This document shows positions 27,956-38,340 of a stretch of DNA of 64,000 bases, one piece after another. The position numbers were made by a program, and so were the translations under genes. The DNA comes from an uncultured Planctomycetaceae bacterium (GTDB lineage: Bacteria; Planctomycetota; Planctomycetia; Planctomycetales; Planctomycetaceae), in contig CAZSTW010000010.1 of NCBI GenBank assembly GCA_964609845.1, positions 8,423 through 72,422 of the forward strand, written 5' to 3'. The notes beneath the pieces were generated by a model that was not told where the DNA came from, made no database searches, and saw only the letters and a program-made list of their open reading frames with translations. Numbering within the stretch: the first letter of the stretch is position 1; each line of letters starts with the position of its first letter.

Positions 27956-28855
27956 ATGGATGGACCCTTTCAGCATTGGTTCGAGGACGCTTTCCAGCAG
28001 TTGGTTCTGAGGAAGGATCTCGTCGAACGTACGTTCCTGTTCGTGATGGTTGCTGTCCGGCTGTCCGGATTCTTTTGTGTCGGCCCGTTACTCGGTCAAA
28101 GAGTCGTTTCCTGGCCGGTGCGTATCGGTCTTGTTGGCTTGTTGACATTGATTGTTGCTCCGGGCCTTCCAGACGCTGCCCCGACGAGTTCCGTGGTGGT
28201 TCAGACATCGAATGAAGTTCCGGCCACCATGCCGGAGAATACTTCACCTTCCGATGATCGTTCACTGGCCGATGATCGTTCACTGGACATCGTGACTGCG
28301 GTCATCCGTGAAGCTGTGATCGGGGCCTCACTGGGATTTGCGGTGGTGATTTTCCTGGTCGGCTTAAAGCTGGCCGGGGAATGGCTGGATCGCCACAGCG
28401 GTCTGGGGATTGGCAGCGTGATGAACCCGGAATATTCCGGTGGAGGTTCGGCTCCCACCGAACTGATCGCCATGTTTTGCCTGGTGACCATGCTGGTGAT
28501 GCAGCCTGTCAACGGCCATCTGCTGGTCGTCCGACTGGTTCTCGACACGTTTCACAGTATTCCCGTCGGTGTCGAGACCGCATCGTTTTCTGTTCTCGAA
28601 TTGACTCAGGCGATGCTGCGTCAGGCAATGACGCTGGGGTTACGGATTGTCATGCCGTTTGTGGTCGTTATGTCACTGCTCGACATGACGCTGGGGTTTG
28701 TTCGTCGCTCTTCACGAATCGAACTGGCACCCACAGCCTATGCCTTTCGAACGGCAGCAGCCCTGTTGATTCTGGCGGCCACGCTGCCTGGGATTCCAGA
28801 ATCGATTGCGATTTCAGTGAATGATTCCATCAAGAGTCTCGGAGATCTCTTGTAA
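27956..28855 (+). CDS. fliR: Flagellar export gate protein FliR (with an inserted acidic loop)
   Basis: ATG at 27956. Multi-TM protein in the position after fliQ, with FLFVMVAVRLSGFFCVGPLLG typical of the FliR N-terminus. Confidence 0.85.
   Translation: MDGPFQHWFEDAFQQLVLRKDLVERTFLFVMVAVRLSGFFCVGPLLGQRVVSWPVRIGLVGLLTLIVAPGLPDAAPTSSVVVQTSNEVPATMPENTSPSDDRSLADDRSLDIVTAVIREAVIGASLGFAVVIFLVGLKLAGEWLDRHSGLGIGSVMNPEYSGGGSAPTELIAMFCLVTMLVMQPVNGHLLVVRLVLDTFHSIPVGVETASFSVLELTQAMLRQAMTLGLRIVMPFVVVMSLLDMTLGFVRRSSRIELAPTAYAFRTAAALLILAATLPGIPESIAISVNDSIKSLGDLL
28251..28286 (+). repeat. Perfect 18-bp tandem duplication inside fliR
   Basis: CCGATGATCGTTCACTGG x2 (28251-28268 and 28269-28286), encoding SDDRSL-ADDRSL. 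Confidence 0.9.
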
Positions 28856-28911
28856 GGCCTCCGTATCACAACCGTTTGAAATAAGCCTTAGCAACGATTG
28901 AGTCTGAAACG

Positions 28912-29694
28912 ATGGATCAGGCGACGGACGAATTTGGAGATCGAACAGAGCGGCCCACCGAGCGGCGTCGGCGCGAAGCTCGTGCGCGCGGCGAGGTTGC
29001 TCGTAGTTCCGACGTCGTTTCGTCTGTTGTTCTGCTTGCTGCCGGAATTGCCCTGTGGTGGATTGGTCCTCAGCTGAATGTCGCATTCGCCGATTTGTTG
29101 AAGGCCGGCCTGACCACCGTCCCTGCGATGTCAGTGGATGCCCGGTCGGTAGCATCCCAGATTCAGGAGATCCTGGTGCGACTGGCGTTTCCCGTCCTGT
29201 CCATCCTGCTGTTCATCGTCGCCGCGGCGATGGTTGCCAATCTCGTTCAGTCTGGATTTCTCTGGGTCCCGGGAGCTGTCTTGCCAAAGCTGGAACGGAT
29301 CGATCCCGGTCGGACGATGTCACGCTGGTGGAATCTGAATTCCTGGTTCAACCTTTTTGCTGCAATGGTCAAGTTAGTGACATTACTCTGTGTTCTTGCC
29401 ATTTTTCTGCGAACACGACTGGCCTCGGCCGGTCCGCTGATGGAAGGATCGCCAACCGTCATCTTGAATCTGACCACACGACTGCTGGGAGAATTCGTCA
29501 TGGTGCTGGCAGCATCACTGCTGGTACTGGCAATCCTGGACTATGTTTACCAGTTCTGGAGTCATGAACGCCGGTTGATGATGACTGTTGAAGAAGTTCG
29601 CCGTGAAAAGCGTGAAGAGGAACGTGATCCGCGTCAAAAACGTCAACAACGCGAAGTCGCGATTTCAGCATCACGGTCAATCTCGCCCCTGTAG
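28912..29694 (+). CDS. flhB: FlhB, N-terminal transmembrane domain plus linker only (260 aa; lacks the NPTH C-terminal switch domain)
   Basis: N-terminus MDQATDEFGDRTERPTERRRREARARGEVARSSD (FlhB/SctU start), 4 TM helices, and linker MMTVEEVRREKREEERDPRQKRQQRE. Stop TAG at 29692-94, with no NPTH anywhere downstream. Confidence 0.8.
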   Translation: MDQATDEFGDRTERPTERRRREARARGEVARSSDVVSSVVLLAAGIALWWIGPQLNVAFADLLKAGLTTVPAMSVDARSVASQIQEILVRLAFPVLSILLFIVAAAMVANLVQSGFLWVPGAVLPKLERIDPGRTMSRWWNLNSWFNLFAAMVKLVTLLCVLAIFLRTRLASAGPLMEGSPTVILNLTTRLLGEFVMVLAASLLVLAILDYVYQFWSHERRLMMTVEEVRREKREEERDPRQKRQQREVAISASRSISPL

Positions 29695-29784
29695 AGCGCA
29701 TCTCATTTAAGTGTAGCGTCCCGCGGGCATCAGACTACAGAGTCTAACCCATGTTTCGACGCGACACGGAAGTGCGACACGCAC
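29694..29784. mobile_element. 91-bp TA-flanked MITE, copy 3
   Basis: GAGCGCATCTCATTTAAGTG...GGAAGTGCGACACGCAC with TA at 29692-93 and 29785-86 (the full TAG is repeated on both sides). Confidence 0.8.
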
Positions 29785-29831
29785 TAGTCCACCCCGAATC
29801 GAGAAACGGGTTCAGAGAGAACAGAAGTCGG

Positions 29832-30128
29832 ATGCCAATTCAACTCGATGAAACGTCGTCAGGGATCCTGTTTCAAGTCAAAGCCCAACCCGGGGCACGT
29901 CGGAACGGAGTCACTGGCGAACATGCTGGAGCACTCAAAGTCGCGGTGACTCAAGCCCCGGAAAAGGGGAAGGCCAATGACGCGATCATCGACGTTCTGG
30001 TCGAGGCACTCGATCTGAAACGAAACCAGATCGAACTGGTTTCTGGCCTGACATCACCGCAGAAGAAGTTCCTGGTCACAGGCATCACGCGGCTGGACCT
30101 CGAAGAGCGAATCCGCAGCATCCTTTAG
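29832..30128 (+). CDS. DUF167 (YggU) family protein
   Basis: MPIQLDETSSGILFQVKAQPGARRNGVTGEHAGALKVAVTQAPEKGKANDAIIDVLVEAL matches the V.PGA......G......LKV...AP..G.AN pattern of YggU; 98 aa. Confidence 0.8.
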   Translation: MPIQLDETSSGILFQVKAQPGARRNGVTGEHAGALKVAVTQAPEKGKANDAIIDVLVEALDLKRNQIELVSGLTSPQKKFLVTGITRLDLEERIRSIL

Positions 30129-30174
30129 CCCGACATTCTCTGTCGGTGTTCTAACGAGGCAGGACAGGAATGTG

Positions 30175-30507
30175 GGTAGTGTCCTAACTTTTTCTATCGA
30201 ATCCGAACGGCGCCGGCGATATGCTGGGGTTTGTTCGTTTTGTGGGGGCGATGGACAATGCAGAAAACATTCACAATCGCTTTTCTGTTGATTGCTCCGG
30301 TCCGTTACGCGATTGCCGTTTGGCGAAAAAGGCTGCCGAAGCCGAGTATGGCGGTCGCCACTCTCATGATTGTGCTGGTGACGTGCGCAATACTTTTGCT
30401 TCTCATTTTCTAAATCGGCGAATTCGGTTGCTACGCCTCATTGGTTTGCCATGCTCTGGACGCCTCGAAAGTGGGACGTCCGACCTCCACAAAGTTAGGA
30501 CACTACC
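30175..30507. mobile_element. 333-bp non-autonomous (MITE-like) element with perfect 17-bp TIRs and 8-bp target-site duplication
   Basis: GGTAGTGTCCTAACTTT (30175-30191) is the exact reverse complement of AAAGTTAGGACACTACC (30491-30507). Identical GGAATGTG copies abut both ends (30167-74 and 30508-15). Confidence 0.75.
30258..30413 (+). CDS. Candidate 51-aa two-helix hydrophobic micro-protein inside the 333-bp element
   Basis: ATG ORF MQKTFTIAFLLIAPVRYAIAVWRKRLPKPSMAVATLMIVLVTCAILLLLIF. No independent support for expression. Confidence 0.3.
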   Translation: MQKTFTIAFLLIAPVRYAIAVWRKRLPKPSMAVATLMIVLVTCAILLLLIF

Positions 30508-30753
30508 GGAATGTGCGTCGAAGTTGAGTCAACGATATTCCGATTTTGGCCGTAAGTACGTTTGGTCACGCTTCACATAAATTCTTTGCAATCCTGGCCA
30601 AGTTTCCCTTGCCTGATGCATTCTCTGGCCGATACTTACCAGTAGACAGTATCGCAAAAACAAAAATTGCCAGTTGTGAAAGTCGCTTGCTTTCCGTTTC
30701 ACATTCATGGGTCGCACGATGCAGCAGTTGATTCGACACAAAGGTGACACATC

Positions 30754-32451
30754 ATGTCTCTCACATTTGACCCCATGCGGTCTGTGGTGGAGGAATCCGC
30801 ACCTCCGTGGCTGAAAAGCTATCCGATTTGTACTCCCGCTCATCTGGGATATCCGAATGAACCTGTCTGGTGGCTGCTGGAACATGCCGCCCAGAAGTTT
30901 CCTCAACGAACCGCCATTCGCTACTTTCGCGAATCTCTGACATACGAAGAGCTGTTTGAACGAGCCCGCCAGGCGGCGACTCTGTTCCAGTCTCTCGGGG
31001 TTCATCCCGGTGACCGTGTCGGTCTCCTTCTGCCAAACCTGCCCGAATACCTGATTGCTGCGTACGGCGTCTGGATGGCCGGGGGAATTGTGGTCTCACT
31101 CAGCCCTCTGGCCGTTGCGGTGGAACTCGACGATATGCTGCAGGCGACTGAATGTAAGGTTGTCGTCGCACTCGACTTGCTCGCACCGCTTGTAACGAAA
31201 GGAAAGCATCGCCCCGCGCAGGTGCTGACCTGCAGCATCGCGTCGCGACTGCCTGCCGTGAAACGACTGTTGTACCGAGCCGCCTGCTTGAAACGACGTG
31301 GACTGCACGTGAGTTCCGATGTTCACACATGCGACTTTATGGCGGAACTGAAACGTTGCGAACCGATCGAAGTTCCTGTCGCCGTTGAAACACATCAACC
31401 GGCCTACATTCTGCCCACTGGTGGGACGACGGGACGCCCGAAAGCGGTGACGCTGTCGCATGCCAATCTGCTGGCCAATGCCTTGCAAATCAAGGCATGG
31501 TGCGGGAATCGGACGGGACGAGATACGTTCCTGGCCGTGATCCCGTTCTTTCACAGCTATGGCTTGTCGACCTGTGCTACGGGCGGTATCGCCATGGCCG
31601 GGACCCTGATTTTGCACCATCGCTTCCAGCCAGAAACCGTTCTGGATTTGATCCAGACGACTCGACCCAGTGTTTTCCCTGCAGTTCCGGCGATGCTGCA
31701 TGTCCTGAATCAAAGACTGCGTGAACATCCGGACAAGTGGAATGTTCGTTCGCTGATGTGGGTGATTTCTGGAGGGGCTCCCCTGATGCCAGAGACGGCG
31801 ATCGAATTCGCTAAATACTCAGGTGCTCAGGTTGTGGAAGGTTACGGACTTTCTGAATGCAGCCCGGTGACGCATGCCGGACCGCTGGATGGAAGTGCCA
31901 AGCTGGGAACAATCGGACTTCCCTTGCCAGATACGTTGGCAGAGATCGTTGATTCCGACACCGGGACCCGGGTACTGAATGCAGGCGAAGTGGGGGAACT
32001 AATTATCCGCGGACCGCAAGTGATGCTGGGGTACTGGAACAATCGTGAAGCGACTGAACAGATCCTGCGAGATGGCTGGCTGTTTACGGGTGACCTGGCA
32101 CAACGCGATGAAGAAGGCTTCTTCAAGATCGTTGATCGCAAGAAAGACTTGATCATTACCAGTGGATTCAACGTCTATCCCAACGACGTGGAATATGTCT
32201 TGAAGCAGTTCCCGGAAGTGAAGGACGTGGCGGTCGTTGGCGTCCCAGATGCTCAACGTGGCGAAATCGTGAAGGCAATCGTGGCGGTGAAGAGCAAGTC
32301 TCATTTTCACCGACATGCGTTTGAGAAGTACATGAAAGAGAACCTGGCACACCATAAGGTCCCCAGGATTCTGGAACTGATCGAAGGAGATTTGCCTCGC
32401 AACTTTCTGGGGAAGGTCTTGCGACGGAAACTGAGAGACGCTGAAAAGTGA
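30754..32451 (+). CDS. fadD: Long-chain-fatty-acid--CoA ligase (AMP-binding enzyme)
   Basis: ILPTGGTTGRPKAV (AMP-binding motif I), GYGLSE, WLFTGDLA, and the C-terminal PRNFLGKVLRRKL. It leads a beta-oxidation operon. Confidence 0.85.
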   Translation: MSLTFDPMRSVVEESAPPWLKSYPICTPAHLGYPNEPVWWLLEHAAQKFPQRTAIRYFRESLTYEELFERARQAATLFQSLGVHPGDRVGLLLPNLPEYLIAAYGVWMAGGIVVSLSPLAVAVELDDMLQATECKVVVALDLLAPLVTKGKHRPAQVLTCSIASRLPAVKRLLYRAACLKRRGLHVSSDVHTCDFMAELKRCEPIEVPVAVETHQPAYILPTGGTTGRPKAVTLSHANLLANALQIKAWCGNRTGRDTFLAVIPFFHSYGLSTCATGGIAMAGTLILHHRFQPETVLDLIQTTRPSVFPAVPAMLHVLNQRLREHPDKWNVRSLMWVISGGAPLMPETAIEFAKYSGAQVVEGYGLSECSPVTHAGPLDGSAKLGTIGLPLPDTLAEIVDSDTGTRVLNAGEVGELIIRGPQVMLGYWNNREATEQILRDGWLFTGDLAQRDEEGFFKIVDRKKDLIITSGFNVYPNDVEYVLKQFPEVKDVAVVGVPDAQRGEIVKAIVAVKSKSHFHRHAFEKYMKENLAHHKVPRILELIEGDLPRNFLGKVLRRKLRDAEK

Positions 32452-32643
32452 TGGCAATAAACAGGCCGGAAGCAAACGGTCGGAATTTTGAAAATGGTGT
32501 TCACAACTTTGGAAAATTCAACGTAAGTCAAGGGTCAAGAATCCAAGGAACCACGGCTCTCGGGACGAATCCGCGACATCCTGATCCGTGGTAAGAAATC
32601 CGTTCCTGACCATCCGACCTTCGCGTGAGTGCAGGAGGTCATC

Positions 32644-33951
32644 ATGTCTCGTACATTTGAAACGGAATTTGAACCGCTGGCCGTCGTCGCCGGAATGCGA
32701 ACGCCGTTTGCCAAGGCCTTCGGCCCGCTGGCTTCGGTTCCTGCCGACGAACTGGGCAGAGTCGCTGTGACAGCCGCGCTGGAACGTGCGGGTCTGGCGG
32801 CGGATCGAGTGGACGAAGTGGTGTTTGGCAATGTTGCCTCACCCGCTGATACCGCGAACGTTTCGCGAGTGATCGCCTTGCGATCCGGTGTTCCGCAAAA
32901 TCGCGTTGCTCATACGGTCCACCGGAATTGTGCATCGGGAATGGAAGCCATTGTTTCCGCCTGGCAATCAATCCGGGAGGGCCGATCAGAAATCATCGTT
33001 GCGGGGGGAACCGAGTCGATGTCCAACGTCCCACTGCTGTGGGATTCACGCATGAAAAATCTGCTCCTCGACTTGAGTCGGCAGAAGTCCATTTTTGGCA
33101 AACTGCGTGTCATGACTCGGTTCCGACCCGCAATGCTTCGTCCAATTCCTGCATTGCAACTTGGACTGACAGACCCCACCTGCGGCCTGAACATGGGACA
33201 GACGGCCGAGTTGCTGGCAAAAGATTTCAACATTTCTCGAGAAGAACAGGATCGTTTCGCACTGCTCAGTCATCAGCGTGCGATCGCGACATGGGATCGG
33301 TGCTTTTACAAAGGTGAAACGGCCCCTGTCGCTCTCGCCGATGGAACGACTGTTGAAAAGGACTCGGGACCTCGCAAGGGTCAGACGATTGAGGCCCTTG
33401 CCAAGTTGAAGCCATTGTTTGAACCAACGACGGGCTCGGTCACCGCGGGCAACAGTTGCCCCATCACAGACGGCGCATGTGCGCTCGTCCTGATGCCCGC
33501 GCACCGAGCCCGGGCGTCGGGAATCACTCCGCTCGGATACATCCGCGACTATTCCGTGGCCGGGTGTGAACCGCGTCGGATGGGACTTGGCCCGGTCCAT
33601 GCGACGCATAAGCTCATCACTCGGCACGGAATGTCGCTATCGGATTTTGAATTGATCGAAATCAACGAAGCCTTTGCCGCCCAGGTCATCGCCTGCCAGC
33701 GCGCGTTTGCATCTGATGAATTCGCACGGTTTCACTTTGGACAATCCAAAGCCATCGGCGAAGTTCCTACTGAAATTTTGAACGTGAACGGAGGTGCGAT
33801 TGCTCTCGGACATCCTGTCGGGACCACGGGGGCAAGGCTCGTTCTAACGCTGCTACGCGCCCTCAAGGAAAAGAAACTGAAACGAGGTCTGGCAACACTT
33901 TGCATTGGCGGAGGCCAGGGGATGGCCATGTGGCTCGAAAGCGAACTCTAG
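32644..33951 (+). CDS. fadI: Acetyl-CoA C-acyltransferase (3-ketoacyl-CoA thiolase, FadI-like)
   Basis: AGGAGG 6 nt upstream of the ATG at 32644. [12 protein letters not shown] (active-site Cys), [20 protein letters not shown], and CIGGGQG (second Cys). Confidence 0.9.
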   Translation: MSRTFETEFEPLAVVAGMRTPFAKAFGPLASVPADELGRVAVTAALERAGLAADRVDEVVFGNVASPADTANVSRVIALRSGVPQNRVAHTVHRNCASGMEAIVSAWQSIREGRSEIIVAGGTESMSNVPLLWDSRMKNLLLDLSRQKSIFGKLRVMTRFRPAMLRPIPALQLGLTDPTCGLNMGQTAELLAKDFNISREEQDRFALLSHQRAIATWDRCFYKGETAPVALADGTTVEKDSGPRKGQTIEALAKLKPLFEPTTGSVTAGNSCPITDGACALVLMPAHRARASGITPLGYIRDYSVAGCEPRRMGLGPVHATHKLITRHGMSLSDFELIEINEAFAAQVIACQRAFASDEFARFHFGQSKAIGEVPTEILNVNGGAIALGHPVGTTGARLVLTLLRALKEKKLKRGLATLCIGGGQGMAMWLESEL

Positions 33952-34037
33952 AAACGGGAATCGCAAGCGATCGCTGAAGCAAGTCTGGTAAGGTCAATGA
34001 AGGATTTGAAATGAGAATCAATGCTCAGGAGTCCATC

Positions 34038-36227
34038 ATGAACAATCTGCATCTGACCAATTTTGACGTCCATCGCGACTTTCATGGAATGATGACAGCC
34101 ATTCTGAATGTCCCGGATCAACCAGTTAATATTTTCAACGAGAGCGTCATGCACGATCTCGACGAATTGATTCGAGCGGTCGAGCACGATGATTCTGTGC
34201 GGGCACTCGTTTTTCGAAGTGGTAAAGACAGCGGATTTCTGGCGGGAGCGGATCTGAAGATCATCGGATCGCTCACAACGCCCGAATCCGCTCAGGAAAT
34301 CTGCTGGGCGGGGCAGGAATTGCTCCGTCGCTTGGAGGCTTTGCATGTTCCTACGGTCGCAGTGATTTCAGGGGTCTGTCTCGGGGGGGGCCTGGAATTT
34401 GCCCTGGCGTGCAAACATCGCATCGTTGTCGATGACCCGCGCACAAAACTCGGCCTGCCCGAAGTAGAACTCGGTCTGGTCCCCGGGTGGGGGGGAACCC
34501 AGAGACTGCCTCGATTGATCGGCGTCTCCGCCGCGCTGCCGATGCTTCTGACCGGAAAAAAGGTCGGTGCGAAGGATGCCGCTCGCATCGGATTGGCGGA
34601 CGTCGTGTGTCAGGCCGATGCTGTCGACACCGAGGTTGCAATGCTGCTGGGAGTCCATCTGACGGGGGATCCCGTTGAAAACTACGAACGGGATACCGGC
34701 TTTAACATGTCCAGGTTCTGGGATTCGTTTGCTCGCCCCAGTCATCGGGATGGCATTTTCACCTGGATGAAAGATCGAACGTGGATCGGTCAACGGCTCG
34801 TGATGCAGATCGCTCGACGCAGCATCGCGTCTCGATCGCGTGACTATCCCGCTCTTCAGGGAATCCTCACCGCAGTGACGGCGGGATTACGAGACCGGCG
34901 TGAGGACGGATACCGAGTGGAACGTGAAGAGTTCGGCAAGCTGCTGATGACAGATGTCCATCACAGCCTGCTCGGCCTGTTCTTCCAGCGAGAACGGGCT
35001 CGCAAGTCGGAAACCTGGGTTCCCAACATGTCCGGCAAACCACGTCGCGTCCGCAAGATCGGCGTGATTGGTGGTGGCACGATGGGAGCCGGAATTGCTC
35101 ACTGGGCCTCGATGCAGGGCTTCGAAGTCGTCATGAAGGAAGTGAACGCCGACTTGCTGAATGCTGGTCTGACACGGATTCGGGACCTGTTCGATGAATC
35201 GGTCCGCAAGCAGGCCGTATCGCCGTCAGATGCTGCGGTTAAGATCGGAGCAATCACCGCTACGACCGACTGGCGAGCGTTCTCGGATGTCGATCTGGCG
35301 ATCGAAGCCGTTACTGAACGGATGGACATCAAGCAATCGGTCTTTCGAGAACTGGAACTGTATTGTCCGCGGCACGCAATTCTGGCATCGAACACCTCGG
35401 CGTTGTCGATCGGCTCCATCGCGGAAGCAATTGCTGATAAAGGACGGGTGCTCGGTCTGCATTTCTTCAATCCGGTACATCGCATGCAACTGGTTGAGAT
35501 TGTTCGTACTGAACAGTCGTGTGATGAAGACATTGCAACGCTGGTCGACTTCGTCAAGAAGCTGGGAAAAGTTCCGCTGGTCACGACAGATAGCCCAGGT
35601 TTCGTCGTGAATCGAATCCTGTTCCCATACCTGGATGAAGCAGTCCGACTGCATTGCGAAGGAGTTTCGACCAACGACATCGACCGTGCTTTGAAACAGT
35701 TCGGGATGCCGATGGGGCCACTCGAACTACTCGATCAGGTGGGACTCGACATCGCGGCTCATGTCGCCGTCACCCTCAACGGACTCAGCCCCGAACCGAG
35801 TCCCACCGCGGGGGTTCTGCAGGAAATGACGTCTGAGGGAAACACAGGTCGTAAATCAGGGCGAGGTTTTTATCTGTATGGCAATGGCAAACATCGTGGT
35901 CGTGCCACCGGTTCGCAAAAAGTTGCTCCAAAGAAAATGTCACAGGACGATATTCGTGATCGAATTATCCTGCGGCTCGTTAATGAAGCAGCCAAGTGTC
36001 TTCAAGAAGGAGTTGTTACTGAAGCGTGGATGATCGACTTGGGGATGGTACTGGGGACGGGGTTTGCACCGTGCCTCGGTGGCCCCCTGCGGATGTGTGA
36101 ATTGAAAGGATACGGAGACGTTGTCGAGAAGCTGGAATACTTCCAGAAGACAACGGGAGCAAGGTTTACTCCTGCGAAATGGCTGGTCGATCAGATCGAA
36201 CACCATCAGGCCAACACGGAGAACTAA
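34038..36227 (+). CDS. fadJ: Fatty-acid oxidation multifunctional enzyme alpha subunit (enoyl-CoA hydratase + 3-hydroxyacyl-CoA dehydrogenase, FadJ/FadB-like)
   Basis: Crotonase block FLAGADLK...GGGLEFALAC, then the NAD fold IGVIGGGTMGAGIA and HFFNPVHRMQLVEIV. AGGAG precedes the ATG at 34038. Confidence 0.9.
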   Translation: MNNLHLTNFDVHRDFHGMMTAILNVPDQPVNIFNESVMHDLDELIRAVEHDDSVRALVFRSGKDSGFLAGADLKIIGSLTTPESAQEICWAGQELLRRLEALHVPTVAVISGVCLGGGLEFALACKHRIVVDDPRTKLGLPEVELGLVPGWGGTQRLPRLIGVSAALPMLLTGKKVGAKDAARIGLADVVCQADAVDTEVAMLLGVHLTGDPVENYERDTGFNMSRFWDSFARPSHRDGIFTWMKDRTWIGQRLVMQIARRSIASRSRDYPALQGILTAVTAGLRDRREDGYRVEREEFGKLLMTDVHHSLLGLFFQRERARKSETWVPNMSGKPRRVRKIGVIGGGTMGAGIAHWASMQGFEVVMKEVNADLLNAGLTRIRDLFDESVRKQAVSPSDAAVKIGAITATTDWRAFSDVDLAIEAVTERMDIKQSVFRELELYCPRHAILASNTSALSIGSIAEAIADKGRVLGLHFFNPVHRMQLVEIVRTEQSCDEDIATLVDFVKKLGKVPLVTTDSPGFVVNRILFPYLDEAVRLHCEGVSTNDIDRALKQFGMPMGPLELLDQVGLDIAAHVAVTLNGLSPEPSPTAGVLQEMTSEGNTGRKSGRGFYLYGNGKHRGRATGSQKVAPKKMSQDDIRDRIILRLVNEAAKCLQEGVVTEAWMIDLGMVLGTGFAPCLGGPLRMCELKGYGDVVEKLEYFQKTTGARFTPAKWLVDQIEHHQANTEN

Positions 36228-36372
36228 TGCCACATCATGACTTGTTTTTGGATGCGCCCATCAGCCGGAACGCGTTAGCGTCCGGTTCCAACCGGCGATA
36301 ATCAGCAACGAAGATTGAAACACAGGCCTGTGCAATACACACATCCCTGCGACATCAAGAAGTGAGGGAATC

Positions 36373-38340
36373 ATGATTGCCAAACTGAACGAATTTCCGA
36401 ATGAATCGTCGGACTTGACCCCAGTCATTCCTCCGGCCATCGCGAGCCGGGCCAGTGAACCGACGTTTGCAGAAACGGCTCTGAAGCTGGGTGGAAAGAG
36501 TGACGAAGAAGTCCGTCGTATGGGTGCCGTCGACAAGGCGGACGACCAGGTCGAAACCATGTTTCGACAACAGCACCAGACAGCGAACAGCCCGATCCAT
36601 CGCGCGGTCTGGGATACTTCAGTCCCCATCGATCTCTTCTCTTCTGAGCCCTCCGCGGCATCGCCACTGGTGGCTCGGGTGATGCGAGAATCGTTGCAGA
36701 TCGTCGAAGGACATTTGTACCGAAAGACGCTGCACGATGAACGGGGAAAGCTGCGAGCAGAAGTTCTGCGTGAACTGGGCGACGTCGGTTACTGGGGCTT
36801 GCTCGTTGATCAGGCCTATGGAGGGAGCGGAACGTCGTTTTCGCAGTTCGCTCCGTTCCTGACAAAGATGGCCCAGTTCGATCCAACGATCGCTGGGCTG
36901 GCGTCTGTTCATGGGTGCATCGGGGCCGTGGATCCGCTGCAATCGTTTGGTAACCCGGAACAGAAGCAACGCTTCCTGCCGGGGCTGGCCAACGGGCAGC
37001 GGTTGTCGGCCTTCGCATTAACGGAACCATGTGCGGGCTCGGACCTGACGGCACTTCGGACTGTGGCCGTCAAGCGAGGTGATACCTATTACGTCACTGG
37101 CGAAAAGCTGTTCATCACGAACGTGACACCTGGACGAACGATCGGCCTGGTCTGTCTGATCGAAGGTCGACCAGCCGTCCTGATTGTCGATCTGCCGAAC
37201 GAAGAAAACGATTCGTTCCGCCTGAAACAATATGGGCTGTATGCCCTGAAGCACGCTTACAACCAGGGAATCGTGTTCAAAGACTTCCCCGTTCCGGCCG
37301 AGAATCTTCTGGATTCCGGCGATGGAGATGGTCTGAGCATTGCCTATCACGGATTGAACCGGGGGCGAGTTGCACTGTGCGCCAATGCTGCCGGAACGAT
37401 GCGGCTGATGCTCGCGAACATGATTCCCTGGGGTCGGTTCCGCAGGACGTATGGCCAGGCGATTCAATCTCGGGAACTCGTCCAGCGCCGAATGGGCCAT
37501 CTGGCCGGTCTGATTGTCGCTTGTGACGCCATTACCGAATGGACCGCCGGTCTATTGGATCGAGGATACCGTGGTGAGATGGAATGTATCGTTGCGAAGA
37601 TTTTCGGTAGTGAATCGCAGAAGGAAGCCGCAATCGAACTGTTTATGAAAACGCACGGCGGCCGTTCGTTCCTGCATGGCCATCTGTTCGGTGATAACGT
37701 CCATGAGTTTCTCGCTCCCTGCATCTATGAGGGGGAAGGAGAAATGCTGGGGATGGCCTTCTTCAAATCACTCGTGAAACATCATGGCCGCGAATTCTTC
37801 GAACCGATCGGCATGGCCCTGGCCGCGAAGGGAATCAAGCAGCCCAACATGGCCAACCCGGCTCACCTGTGGGCGTTGAAAGGCCCGTTGATGAACTACG
37901 GGAAATGGTTTGTCAGTCAGAGCCTACATCGAGCCCATTACGAACTACCGGAGATGCCTGCGAAATTGCGTCAACATGCCGAGTTCGCAGCCAACTGGCT
38001 GCAACGAAGCGCCCTGGAAATCAGTGGCACGATGAGGAAATTCCAGTTGAAACTGGCTGACCGGCAATGTCGTATGGCAGAGCTGTCCGGCCGAGTTCAA
38101 ACAGCTGTCGTCATTCTCTGCACAAGTCTGTACGCCGCCCGTCAAAAGAATGGGCTCGTCACCGAAGCTGCAGATACGATCTGTCAGGAACTGCGCCGAC
38201 GCATGACGGGAGGATTACCAACGGACCGGTACTTCAAGCAAACCACAGCACTCGGCAGTGCCATCGCCGAAGGCCATTTCCCGGGCCTCGACGAAACGCC
38301 ACAAGCCGAACTGATGATGCCGTACTCAACGAAGTCTTGA
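36373..38340 (+). CDS. Acyl-CoA dehydrogenase, long form (655 aa)
   Basis: [20 protein letters not shown], and the [13 protein letters not shown] signature blocks. Last gene of the fad operon. Confidence 0.85.
   Translation: MIAKLNEFPNESSDLTPVIPPAIASRASEPTFAETALKLGGKSDEEVRRMGAVDKADDQVETMFRQQHQTANSPIHRAVWDTSVPIDLFSSEPSAASPLVARVMRESLQIVEGHLYRKTLHDERGKLRAEVLRELGDVGYWGLLVDQAYGGSGTSFSQFAPFLTKMAQFDPTIAGLASVHGCIGAVDPLQSFGNPEQKQRFLPGLANGQRLSAFALTEPCAGSDLTALRTVAVKRGDTYYVTGEKLFITNVTPGRTIGLVCLIEGRPAVLIVDLPNEENDSFRLKQYGLYALKHAYNQGIVFKDFPVPAENLLDSGDGDGLSIAYHGLNRGRVALCANAAGTMRLMLANMIPWGRFRRTYGQAIQSRELVQRRMGHLAGLIVACDAITEWTAGLLDRGYRGEMECIVAKIFGSESQKEAAIELFMKTHGGRSFLHGHLFGDNVHEFLAPCIYEGEGEMLGMAFFKSLVKHHGREFFEPIGMALAAKGIKQPNMANPAHLWALKGPLMNYGKWFVSQSLHRAHYELPEMPAKLRQHAEFAANWLQRSALEISGTMRKFQLKLADRQCRMAELSGRVQTAVVILCTSLYAARQKNGLVTEAADTICQELRRRMTGGLPTDRYFKQTTALGSAIAEGHFPGLDETPQAELMMPYSTKS

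Noticed and set aside
29692-29787. Idea that the 91-bp MITE insertion itself truncated flhB
   Set aside because: Removing the element and one TA copy restores ...CTG TAG TCC..., so the TAG stop was already there. No flhB C-domain sequence follows the element either. The short flhB therefore predates the insertion, or a larger deletion occurred.
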